Shown piece by piece: positions 9,906 to 19,014 of a stretch of 64,000 nt of DNA (position 1 is the stretch's first letter; the number at the start of each line of letters is the position of its first letter). The notes below the pieces were generated by a model. It was given only the letters and a program-made list of their open reading frames with translations. It had not been told where the DNA came from and made no database searches. This stretch comes from Nannocystales bacterium (GTDB taxonomy: Bacteria > Myxococcota_A > Polyangia > Nannocystales > Nannocystaceae): positions 160,001-224,000 of the forward strand of contig JBOEGF010000007.1 in NCBI GenBank assembly GCA_050633305.1, in the 5' to 3' direction. Position numbers and translations under genes: made by a program.

Positions 9906-12773
9906 CTAGGGGGAGCCTGCAGTACGGCGTCTTCGGGTTCCCATCCAGGCGGCCAGGCCGAGACCCGCCAGGAGGACTCCGATCCACGCTCGCCATCCGT
10001 ACGTGCTTGGCGGAGCCTGCTCCGAGGCGGACGCGGTCGCTCGGCCGCCCGGAAACGGCACCAACGATCCGTCTCCGAGGACAACGGCCCCGGCCCAAAC
10101 CGAGCTCGCGACCCCCTCCTCGGCGAGCGATGCCTGAGCACCTGCGAGTGCGGCCGCGACGGAACGTCCCTGGTCAAGCTCCCGATAGAACCGCTCGAAC
10201 AACAGTGTCGCGTCATCGTCAGGGAGCGGCCACTGCGTGCCGACGACGGTCGTCGCGCCGCCCGAGAGAAGAGAATGCGCCAGTCCCAGCACACCTTCGC
10301 CGCTGAGGACCTGGCCACCGGCGCTTTGGCATGCAGAGAGCACGACGAGTTTGCCGTGGAGCGCGAGTTGGGCGACGTCCCGGGGTTGCAGGAGCCCGTC
10401 CGCATCGCCCGGCGCCAAGACGATCGCCGACCGGCCGGGGATGGTCTCGTCGACGACGGCGTGGGTTGCAAAGTGCAGCACCCCGAAAGCGTCGAGGTTG
10501 GCGGCCAGCAACGCGGTCTCGCTCGCATCGGCGCCAAACCACGCCTGGTCCCCCGGAGCATGCGTGGCGCGTTCGGCCTCCCGCCGAGCATGCGGCAGCG
10601 CACGAAGCGGGATTGCGCGAGCATCATCCAGCGCGAAGATCGATTGCGGTGTCTCGCTGGGTTCGAGCGGATCAGCGAGCGCGAGTACGGCAAGGGGTCG
10701 TGCTCGCTGCTCGGGCGCGTCCCGCCTCACGTCCCGCAGCACGGTCGCCGAGGGAGCGATCGCGAGGTCGTACGCCTCGACAAGCAACTGTCCGTTCTCG
10801 CCTCGCATCGCGGCAAACGGGACTTTGTGGAGCTGGTCGTCGAGCAGCAGGGTCAGTTGTTTCGGAGGATGGGGAAGGGAGCGCAGGGGGTCCTCGATGA
10901 GCTGCTGCCCAAGCGTCTGGGCTGCGGTCCTCACCTGGTCTTCGAGACCCTGCTCGATCGCGGGACCGAACATCTCCAGCGCAGCTCGGAGTTGAGAGCG
11001 GGATGGGAGGCGAGCTGCGTGGAGCTGCTCCCGCGTGACGACCAACAGCCATGAGCCGCGGCTTTGATCTCGTGCGAAGTCGAACTGGCCCCCGAGTTGG
11101 TAGGAGAGCAGGGCTTCGTCGGGACCGAGCGCTTTGGAGAGCGCGAGCACAGAGGCCAAGCCCTCCCGCGTCAGCAGGGAGGTTTGTCCGGCGAGATGCT
11201 CGAGCTCCTTGCGCTCCAACGTCACGAGCTCCTCGTGCGCCACTCGACGGCTGTCCTCCGTGAGCTCCGAGACCCGGAGGCGCCGCTGGGTCTGGGTGAT
11301 CGCGTCCCGAATCACCTCGATGCCCGGTCCCGTGGCATGAGACGCGGCGGTCTCTCGAAGCACGCGAGCCCGGTAGCGCTCGCTCACCTCGAAGGCGGAT
11401 GCGAGCCTGCCCGGGGCGGTGACGGAGGCTGGCCCCATCACCGCCCCGTCCGCATCCTCGAGGAGGTGGGCGACGTAACTCTTGAAGACCTCTCCTTGCC
11501 GACCGAGGAGCTCGGCCCGGCCTTGAGCGTTGGCTTGCAACGAACGGACGGTCTCGAACGCTCGGCAGCTGGCCTCGTGCGCTGCCGTGGCGAGGTCGAG
11601 TTCGCCACTGCGCCATGCGACTTCGGCTTCGAGAATCGCGGTGATGGTGATGAGGTCTGTTTGCCCGCTTTGCTCCGCCAGCCTACGCGCATCGTCGATC
11701 AGTGATCGCAACTCGGTCTGCGTTGCTTCGTCGAGCGCACCCGGTCGCCGCAGGAGTGCTCGCGCAAGGCCGAAACGTGCGCCCGTCTCGAGACGTGGGT
11801 CTCCGAACTCCTCGCCTTCGGCCATGCTCTTCCGCGCGAGCGACTCCGCCTCGGCGAGCTCCCCCACATCGACGAGGGCGTCCGCCAAGAGCTGCCACAA
11901 GCCCAGCCGCGCCCCGGGGTTTTGGGCAGAGACCGCAAGGGCGACCGCCGCCCGAACATCCTCGATGAACGCAGTACTCTCAGGTCGGCCGGCTTCGAAA
12001 CGAAGGTCGCGCCGTTGAACGAGGACGTTGTACTGACCGGTGGCTTGAACGTAGGTGTCGCCGGCTTCGGTGGCGATCGCGACAAGTCGCTTGGCAAGAT
12101 CGTGGGCTGCGTGAAGCTTTCCCAGGCGTCGTGCGACGGAGGCCGAGGCATTGAGCCAGGTGACCTTGGCTTGATAGGTTCCGTCGGGAAACAGGAGTGG
12201 TTCGACGTCTGCGAGCTTCCGCTCCGCGCGTCCGAGGTCGCCGTGGGTCCGCAGGTCATGACGAACGGACTCGACCCCCACCGTTGCGATCCACTTGGGC
12301 TCTCCGAGGGCCAGGGCGGCTTCGGTCGCTGCCTCGAGTGCCCCCGCAGCCTGTTCCGGCTCTCCGATGACCCGGAATCGGTGCGCCATGTTGAGCAGAG
12401 TGAGAACCACCGCCAGGTGGTCGCCCCCGGCGGTGAGGGACTCCAGCGCATCTCCGTACAGGACCAGCCCGGCGTTCGAGTCTGCCTGGGCGACGATGTT
12501 CCCCAAGGTGAGGAGCGCATAGCCTCGAGGTCTCGGTTCTTCGAGTACGGCGCCACCGCGAGCCATGCTGGCGCGCAGGCTGTCCTCTGCCTTGGACAGC
12601 TCGACCCCGCCGCGGGTTGCACGATAAAAGCACCCCCACGACTCGCGGCGGCTGGGCTGTGCTTCGACGTCTCGGCGGCACTGCGCCAGGGTTGGGGCTG
12701 CCCGCGCGCGCTCGGGTGCGAAGCTGAGTGCCAAGAACGCGGCAAGGCTCAACCCGCGCGGGCGCACGCTCAC
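9906..12773 (-). CDS. Exported, membrane-anchored TPR-CHAT (caspase-like) protease
   Basis: GTG start overlaps anti-sigma stop (GTGA). Signal peptide ...APERARA, helical repeats, CHAT motifs LHFATHA, LVVLSACQS, GEGVLGL, TQWPLPD, WAGAV; C-terminal TM plus RRRR. Confidence 0.88.
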   Translation of the reverse strand: MSVRPRGLSLAAFLALSFAPERARAAPTLAQCRRDVEAQPSRRESWGCFYRATRGGVELSKAEDSLRASMARGGAVLEEPRPRGYALLTLGNIVAQADSNAGLVLYGDALESLTAGGDHLAVVLTLLNMAHRFRVIGEPEQAAGALEAATEAALALGEPKWIATVGVESVRHDLRTHGDLGRAERKLADVEPLLFPDGTYQAKVTWLNASASVARRLGKLHAAHDLAKRLVAIATEAGDTYVQATGQYNVLVQRRDLRFEAGRPESTAFIEDVRAAVALAVSAQNPGARLGLWQLLADALVDVGELAEAESLARKSMAEGEEFGDPRLETGARFGLARALLRRPGALDEATQTELRSLIDDARRLAEQSGQTDLITITAILEAEVAWRSGELDLATAAHEASCRAFETVRSLQANAQGRAELLGRQGEVFKSYVAHLLEDADGAVMGPASVTAPGRLASAFEVSERYRARVLRETAASHATGPGIEVIRDAITQTQRRLRVSELTEDSRRVAHEELVTLERKELEHLAGQTSLLTREGLASVLALSKALGPDEALLSYQLGGQFDFARDQSRGSWLLVVTREQLHAARLPSRSQLRAALEMFGPAIEQGLEDQVRTAAQTLGQQLIEDPLRSLPHPPKQLTLLLDDQLHKVPFAAMRGENGQLLVEAYDLAIAPSATVLRDVRRDAPEQRARPLAVLALADPLEPSETPQSIFALDDARAIPLRALPHARREAERATHAPGDQAWFGADASETALLAANLDAFGVLHFATHAVVDETIPGRSAIVLAPGDADGLLQPRDVAQLALHGKLVVLSACQSAGGQVLSGEGVLGLAHSLLSGGATTVVGTQWPLPDDDATLLFERFYRELDQGRSVAAALAGAQASLAEEGVASSVWAGAVVLGDGSLVPFPGGRATASASEQAPPSTYGWRAWIGVLLAGLGLAAWMGTRRRRTAGSP

Positions 12774-13492
12774 TCGACGGCGAACTCCCACACCTCGGAG
12801 GCATGGCGGCGTCCGTCCGATTCGATCGCTTCGACCCGCCACAGCAAGACCGTGCCGGGCGGGAGAGACGAGACCGCAGTGGCCGGGACCTGAACGCTGG
12901 TGGTGGCGAGGTCGTGCGCTTCGTAGACCGGCTGAAGATCCTGCGTTGTCACCCGGACGGTGAACGAGGAGGCTCGTTCAAGGTCCGAGGACCACTGGAG
13001 CACGACGTCCGTCCGGGGCAGGGGGTCGTCGGCCGCGAGTGTGGTACGGAGCAGCGGTTGCCCTTGCGGTGCTCGGAGGGAGGGCTCGGAGGGGGCCCCA
13101 AACGACTCTGGGGACGGGGCCGTGGCGACCCACAGCGCGAGCGCAGCGGCGGCAGCGAACGCGACACCAACGGCCGCCGAGAACGCGACCCTGCGAGGGC
13201 GAAGGGTTGTCGGCGCGGTTTCGAGTTGTGGTTGGGCGCACTCGTCGTCGGCCGGGATGGGGCCGAGCGCTGCGGCCAGACGCCATTCGAGCGCGAGCTG
13301 GGGGTCTTCGTGCAGACGGTCGATGAGAGCCTGGCGGTCCGGCGCGTGCTCGCCTTCGGCCGGCCCGTGCACGGCGGCCCAAATCTGATCTGGGTCGGTG
13401 GAGGGCAAGCCCGGCTCGGCGGGGATGTGGGCGAACCCTGCTCGCAGGTGGGCGAGTGTCTGTGGAGACGGAGGGGCGATGGGCTCACTCAT
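12770..13492 (-). CDS. Putative single-pass anti-sigma factor
   Basis: Coupled to the sigma gene (ATGA). Short N-terminal helical domain (QIWAAVHG...ALEWRLA), TM VAFSAAVGVAFAAAAALALWVA, C-terminal FN3/Ig-like domain. Confidence 0.75.
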   Translation of the reverse strand: MSEPIAPPSPQTLAHLRAGFAHIPAEPGLPSTDPDQIWAAVHGPAEGEHAPDRQALIDRLHEDPQLALEWRLAAALGPIPADDECAQPQLETAPTTLRPRRVAFSAAVGVAFAAAAALALWVATAPSPESFGAPSEPSLRAPQGQPLLRTTLAADDPLPRTDVVLQWSSDLERASSFTVRVTTQDLQPVYEAHDLATTSVQVPATAVSSLPPGTVLLWRVEAIESDGRRHASEVWEFAVE

Positions 13493-14091
13493 GGCGAGAA
13501 TCCTTTCCCGTGCAAACAGTTTCGAAGGTCGGCGAGTCCACGAAACACGAGGTTCTCCGTCCGCTTGCGAGTCCAGCCTAGCAGGGATCCTGTCTCGGGC
13601 ACGGTGTGACCTTGAAGGTAGAGGTTAACGGCGCGGCGCCGGTTCTCGGCCAAGCCACACAGGCACGCCCGAATCGCGGTCCCGAGTTGCTGTGCTTCAG
13701 CCGAAGTGTCCGGAGCTGGGACGACCCGCGGCCCCGCCACGGAGGCTTCGGCCGCGCCGTCGACAGTACGCTGACGACTCTGCAACTTGCGGAGCTCGTC
13801 GATCGTCGTCGAGTAGGCCACCCGCCACAGATAGGAGGCGGGGAGCGGAGCGTTGCCCAACCCTTGGCTGCGCACCTTCGCGACACGAAGCATCGCCAGC
13901 TGCACGATGTCTTCGCTGTGCGCGTTCATGGCAGCCGGGCACACGCTCCCGATCGCTCGGGTCAACCGCTGCCGGATCTCCCGCAGCGTTGCATTCTCGT
14001 CGTGGGTCCCCGCCCGAACCGACAACGGCGTGGCCGGCTCCGCATATGCTTGTTTGGCGCCCAGGTCCGACATCCTGCCATCCGGTGACAT
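13489..14091 (-). CDS. ECF RNA polymerase sigma factor
   Basis: Region 2 (SEDIVQLAML, YLWRVAYSTTIDELRK) and region 4 (LAENRRRAVNLYLQGHTVPETGSLLG...RGLADLR). Confidence 0.9.
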   Translation of the reverse strand: MSPDGRMSDLGAKQAYAEPATPLSVRAGTHDENATLREIRQRLTRAIGSVCPAAMNAHSEDIVQLAMLRVAKVRSQGLGNAPLPASYLWRVAYSTTIDELRKLQSRQRTVDGAAEASVAGPRVVPAPDTSAEAQQLGTAIRACLCGLAENRRRAVNLYLQGHTVPETGSLLGWTRKRTENLVFRGLADLRNCLHGKGFSP

Positions 14092-14233
14092 GCGCCGTCA
14101 CGTGGGTGCACGCGACGAAGCACGGATGCCTCGTCGTCCTCCAGGGCCGGTTCTTTGGGTGATTTCGCGCATGTGTAGAAACTCGAAGAAACCCTGAGGG
14201 GAATCGGTCGCGGCCCACGTCTGTGGCCCGACG

Positions 14234-16312
14234 ATGACGACCTCGCGTCCCTCCCCCCACCGCTGTGCTCGTGGCCTTGTCCTGTTGGGACTCGTCTGCG
14301 GGTGTGTTCCGACCGACGAGGCGTCCGAGCCGATGGAGAATGACCTCCTGTTCGAGCTTCCGGGCGACCTCGTGCTGACCGCCGAGGATCTTCCGGACCC
14401 GGACGCGCCGGAGCGAGAGGCGGTAGACGAGCAGGAGAGCGAGGCCGAGGACCCCACAGCCTCACTCGAGCTCACGGACGCCTCGGGCCCCCTGTTGATC
14501 GCGGATGAGACGAGCTCCGCTTACCTCGGTGTCCGGCGGGTCACGGACTACTACCTCAATCCGCTCGTTGCGGAGACCAGCTATGCCACCCCGGATGTTC
14601 CGGGGTGCTCGGCGACCATGATCGGCCCCAACATGTTGGCCACGGCCGCCCACTGCGGGGTCGACGGAATGCTCACCATGACCGCGGAGGGGCGTGTCTA
14701 TCGAGAACGGGACGTGACGCAGCCGCAGGTTGAGGGCTATGAGTGCAACCTGTTGTTCCACACCTTCCCGGAGAGCGATTTGGCGATCTATCACTGCCCG
14801 CCGCCCGCGTTCGGGCCGAGCTTGGGCGATCGCTTCGGCTGGGTGGACATCTCCCTCACGGAGCCGTCGCTGTACAGCTACATCTTCAGCGTGTTCTCCA
14901 ACCCGATCGATGACGTTGGACCCGACGCGGTGAGCTTGTTGACCAGCGGGTACGTCTCCGAGACCAACGTGCCGAGTCACTGGGCCAATCCGAACAACCC
15001 GCCCGGCGTCGACTCTCCGGTCCAGCTTGCCGAGGTGATCAACACCCAGCTGTGGAGTGACTTCGGGTCCAGCGGCTCGGGACACTTCAACAGCGCCGGG
15101 GAGATGTCGGTGGGCCCGCAGTCGACAGGGATCGAGGACAGCCTGGGCCGCAGTGCCCTGAGTATGCAGGACTACCTGCTCCACGGTTGGATCTACGCGC
15201 CTCAGTCGGCAGCGTGCAACGACCCAAACAACCCCGATGATTGCAGCACGGACGAGACCGTCAACGGGTCCTACGTCTCCGGCCTGGGACTGGACCCGGA
15301 TGACTACCGCGACACCTACGCAGACCTGGACCTCGACTGGTTCTTCGACCTGGTCTCGGACGTGGAGGACCTCGAAGGCGAGAACTACAAGACCCTGTAT
15401 CACCAGAGCTTCGGCAGCCGTCGCCAAACGAGACAGTGGACGATGGGTCCGGGCTCGACCCACGAACTCACTGCGCGTCGAGTCAGCTTCGCGACGAACA
15501 CCGGCGGCATGCTCAACGGGTGGACCGAACTCGCGCGGCACTCGAACCTCAACCTGAGCGCGAACGAGGACTACGAGGTCTCCTTCGGTCTCGACAGCAC
15601 CTTCGGCTACTACCGCGTCTGCCTGGAGGGCAACACGACAACGTGCAGCCCATACTTCTACGACAACAGCGCCGACGGGGAGAGCGCGCACCGGGTCTCG
15701 CTCGTCTCTCCAGCGGGGGACCCTGAACTCGTGGTCCAGGCGTGGAACGGCGTCGGCGCCCTCTACGACGTCTCGCTGTCGTCCTCCGTGCTCTACAGCT
15801 ACACCTATCTGCCACAGGGGTGGGTCGGTCTGTACCACCACGTGAACGACTTCGACCGGTTCGATGCCCGGGAAGCGTGGGGGAACCCCAATGGTCCGAT
15901 TCGGCCAGTCATCCTACCGGACGGTGACGACTCTGGCGTGGACTGGGCTGCGCGGCTTTCGACGGTCAGCTCCGGGGTGGCGGGCTTCGACTACGACCTC
16001 GAGACGACGATGCTTCCCTTCCCCGAAGACGGAGGTGGAACGCTCTGCTTCAAGCATCGCCGGGACGACAGCGAGCAGTGGCGAGGCGCAACCCTCGGAC
16101 GGGTTCGCGTCGAGCGGCTCGATGGCACGGCGGTGGACGGCTCGTACTTCATCCCCTTGGAGACATGGGGCGAGGCTTGCGTCACTGTGGACGCTGGCTT
16201 GAGCAACGGTGAGGCGTTGCGCGTGCAGTTCGGGTTCTTCACGACCGGACCTGGGGTCCGCGGTGGCGCCTACTTCGTGGATGATGTTGCAGTTCGCCTG
16301 CCGGTCGATTGA
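14234..16312 (+). CDS. Lipoprotein trypsin-like (S1) serine protease with C-terminal beta-sandwich domains
   Basis: Lipobox VCGC; CSATMIG...TAAHC (His), SDLAI (Asp), GSSGSG (Ser); C-terminal CBM-like jelly-roll ending YFVDDVAV. Confidence 0.8.
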   Translation: MTTSRPSPHRCARGLVLLGLVCGCVPTDEASEPMENDLLFELPGDLVLTAEDLPDPDAPEREAVDEQESEAEDPTASLELTDASGPLLIADETSSAYLGVRRVTDYYLNPLVAETSYATPDVPGCSATMIGPNMLATAAHCGVDGMLTMTAEGRVYRERDVTQPQVEGYECNLLFHTFPESDLAIYHCPPPAFGPSLGDRFGWVDISLTEPSLYSYIFSVFSNPIDDVGPDAVSLLTSGYVSETNVPSHWANPNNPPGVDSPVQLAEVINTQLWSDFGSSGSGHFNSAGEMSVGPQSTGIEDSLGRSALSMQDYLLHGWIYAPQSAACNDPNNPDDCSTDETVNGSYVSGLGLDPDDYRDTYADLDLDWFFDLVSDVEDLEGENYKTLYHQSFGSRRQTRQWTMGPGSTHELTARRVSFATNTGGMLNGWTELARHSNLNLSANEDYEVSFGLDSTFGYYRVCLEGNTTTCSPYFYDNSADGESAHRVSLVSPAGDPELVVQAWNGVGALYDVSLSSSVLYSYTYLPQGWVGLYHHVNDFDRFDAREAWGNPNGPIRPVILPDGDDSGVDWAARLSTVSSGVAGFDYDLETTMLPFPEDGGGTLCFKHRRDDSEQWRGATLGRVRVERLDGTAVDGSYFIPLETWGEACVTVDAGLSNGEALRVQFGFFTTGPGVRGGAYFVDDVAVRLPVD

Positions 16313-16365
16313 ACCAATGCGGCGGGCCTCGATGTCGAGGCCCGCGTGTTCGCCGGTTCTGGGCG

Positions 16366-16752
16366 CTAGGACAGAAGGTCGCCGCACAACCGCAGCGCAT
16401 CCGTCGTGGTGAAGATCCCCACCGGACGCCCCTCCTCCTCGATGAGCGCACTGCCGAGTCGGTCGGCGTGCATCTTCTGAACGACCGTCCGGGCGGCGGT
16501 TGTCGCCGGGACGAGGTAGGGGATGTCGCTCATGGCCTCGGAGACTGCGACCTTGGAGGTGTCCGTGCCCAACGACGCGAGCCAGTGCACATCTCGCTCG
16601 CTCAGCACACCGACGAGGCGACCGCCCTCGAGGACGGGAAGGTGGCGGACTGTGTGTTCCGCCATCTTCGCGGCGGCTGTCTTGAGGCACTGCTCCACGC
16701 CGATCGAGATCGTCAGCGGGCTCATGTACTTGCCGATTTCGAGGTCGGTCAT
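16366..16752 (-). CDS. CBS-domain protein
   Basis: VRHLPVLEGGRLVGVLSERD and VGIFTTTD. Confidence 0.9.
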   Translation of the reverse strand: MTDLEIGKYMSPLTISIGVEQCLKTAAAKMAEHTVRHLPVLEGGRLVGVLSERDVHWLASLGTDTSKVAVSEAMSDIPYLVPATTAARTVVQKMHADRLGSALIEEEGRPVGIFTTTDALRLCGDLLS

Positions 16753-16769
16753 GATGGCTGTCTCCTGAA

Positions 16770-17189
16770 CTAGAACTGGTCCGCGAGATAGCGGATGAGG
16801 TCCGTGCTGGTCACGAGGCCCACGAGGTTTTGCTCGGCGTCGACGACGGGAACGGAGTGGAATTTCCCCGAGGCGAGGACCGCAGCAGCGTCGCGAACCT
16901 TTTGGGTGTTGGAGAGTGTGGTCAGCTCGGTGGACATGACCTTCTCGACGGAGAACTCGTGGTCGAGCATCGCGTCGACAGCCCGGGCGTCGGCGCCGTA
17001 GGCGGAGAAGCTCACCCGGATCATGTCGGTCGCGCTGATCAGCCCGACAAGCTTGGTGCCGCTCACCACGGGCACGTGGTGGATCCCCTGCTCGGCAAGG
17101 AGTTTGCGGACCTCACTCAGCTTGTGGGTGACGTTGACCGTCGTCAGCTCGGTGCTCATCACCGTGGACAGAGGCTCGTTGCGCTTCAT
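16770..17189 (-). CDS. CBS-domain protein
   Basis: IHHVPVVSGTKLVGLISATD and FHSVPVVD...LVGLVTSTD. Confidence 0.92.
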   Translation of the reverse strand: MKRNEPLSTVMSTELTTVNVTHKLSEVRKLLAEQGIHHVPVVSGTKLVGLISATDMIRVSFSAYGADARAVDAMLDHEFSVEKVMSTELTTLSNTQKVRDAAAVLASGKFHSVPVVDAEQNLVGLVTSTDLIRYLADQF

Positions 17190-17257
17190 GCTCTGTCCAT
17201 ACCGTCCCCCGCCGGGACACCGCCGGCAAACGTTGCCGGGCCCCCCGAGCGCCGTGG

Positions 17258-18721
17258 TCAGTTCTTTCGCGGCGCCATCATTGCGCGCCGCTGCGCCGCC
17301 ATCGGGTGGTCATCGTTCAGCAGGACCCTCCCCGAGAACGTGTCGACACCCAGGGCATCGAAGGTGGCTTCCACGTGTGGGAATCCCTCCTGCGAGAGCA
17401 TCGACTCGGCGACTTCGGTGAACAGCGGCTTGCCGTACCAGACGTCGAGCTTCGCGAGCAGCTCGTTGGCGTCCCACTTGTGCCGAGCGCCTCCACAACA
17501 CGAGCGCAGAAATCGCATGGCGTCGTCGAGGCTCTTCTCTCCGCCGGAGTCCTTGCGCACCGCGACGTCGAGGGCGAACGCTACCGCCGCGCCACCCCAG
17601 TAGACTCGCTGATAGCCGAATTTCTCGTGCATCTGGTCGCTGACCTCTTGCAGGGTGCCCGAGCGTTCGGTTCGTCGGCCTCGGCCAAAGGCTTCGTAGA
17701 GCTTCTGCCAGCCGTCACGCTCGCTGCGGTGTCCCAAACGCGTGCGCTGTAGCTCGGTGTAGTAGCTGACCCAGCCCTCAGCCATCCAGGCATCGTTGAT
17801 GAAGGGCATCCCGTGGTGCAGCAGCTCGTGCGTTGTGGTCCAGCCTCCGGGGAGCTCGTGGTCGGCCACATGGTCATCCATCAGGATGTAGACGCCCGAG
17901 CCGCCGCCGCGTCCGGCCATCCCGAAGTAGACCGACCCAGAACCGCTCCCTTCGACGGGGAGCACCAACATCTGCAGGTGCTCCCGGGGGAACTGGCCGA
18001 ACAGTTCAGCCGAGGCATCGACCGCATCGCTCGCCCACGTCTTGAGTCCGGGCTTCGTGGCACGCATCGGGTGGTCGAGCGTTGCGACCTCGACCTCGGT
18101 ACCGCCGGTCTCGAACCGCTGTAGCCCCAGCTCCCCGAACGCGTTGTAGCCGATCCACCGAAAAACAGTGGAGTCCAGCTGGTAGCGGCACGTTCGGGCC
18201 GACCGGTCTTCGCCGGGCATCGTTGTCCACGGCACCGAGGCCTCCACGCCATCGGGCAGGTTCAGCGTCATGGTGACCTCGACCTCCTCCGGCAGGCCGC
18301 GTGGGTACCAAAGCCACATGCTCTGGCGAAGCAGTACGCTCTCGCCCTCCGTCCGCACGTGTCGGGAGAATCCTTCTGCGCGCGTCATGCCCGACACGTC
18401 GACCACGTACTCGACGCACTCGCCTGCGCTGACGTCGGTGAGGCTGAAGGTCCTTCCGGTCTTCGCGATCCGGCGATCTCCGACCCGGACGTGCTCGATG
18501 TAGTCCGCGGCCCGTCGGTTGGACGAGACGAGCCGGTCCCCGGGGGAGCCTTCAAAGCACAGTCGGACGTCGATTCTCGAGCGATCCGGAGCCACCGAGG
18601 CCGTGTAGTGCCACGCTTGCTGGGCTGCGCTGCCCTCGGGGATGGCGCGAGGCGAAGGGCTCGGGCGAGCGGAGCATCCGAGCAGCGTCAGTCCGAATGC
18701 GGCGAGCAACAGGCGGGGCAC
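17258..18721 (-). CDS. Lipoprotein gluzincin metallopeptidase (M61/M1-like)
   Basis: Lipobox LLGC; THELLH, WMAEGWVSYY, RVYWGGA, SLDDAMR. Confidence 0.82.
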   Translation of the reverse strand: MPRLLLAAFGLTLLGCSARPSPSPRAIPEGSAAQQAWHYTASVAPDRSRIDVRLCFEGSPGDRLVSSNRRAADYIEHVRVGDRRIAKTGRTFSLTDVSAGECVEYVVDVSGMTRAEGFSRHVRTEGESVLLRQSMWLWYPRGLPEEVEVTMTLNLPDGVEASVPWTTMPGEDRSARTCRYQLDSTVFRWIGYNAFGELGLQRFETGGTEVEVATLDHPMRATKPGLKTWASDAVDASAELFGQFPREHLQMLVLPVEGSGSGSVYFGMAGRGGGSGVYILMDDHVADHELPGGWTTTHELLHHGMPFINDAWMAEGWVSYYTELQRTRLGHRSERDGWQKLYEAFGRGRRTERSGTLQEVSDQMHEKFGYQRVYWGGAAVAFALDVAVRKDSGGEKSLDDAMRFLRSCCGGARHKWDANELLAKLDVWYGKPLFTEVAESMLSQEGFPHVEATFDALGVDTFSGRVLLNDDHPMAAQRRAMMAPRKN

Positions 18722-19014
18722 GGGTCGCAGTGTGGCATTGGGGGCGGCACCCCGCTGTGACGCGAGGCGCCGCGCGGAGGTGGAAACCGCGACGACCCCG
18801 GCCAGGAGGCCGCCGGGAATAGGACAGGCCAGGTCGTGTTACCCCCTCGTCCGACCCGTCCGAGCGAAGCGGCTCCCCTCGACGCCTTCTGCGATCTTGT
18901 GGCAGCCTCTCGAACGGATGCTGAAGGTTGGAACGGGTTCGATCTGCGTGCGCTCACGCGATCGGATCCGTCTCCGTGGACCTGCGCGCGCCCCGACCTC
19001 GAGACGCCCCCCCG

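Noticed and set aside
14195..14225. ECF promoter GGAAT...CGTCT before the trypsin gene
   Set aside because: Spacer is shorter than the typical 16-17 nt; cannot be supported without TSS data.
18722..19014. Sigma-54 (psp-like) promoter for the flotillin operon
   Set aside because: No GG-N10-GC motif with TGGCAC/TTGC context found.
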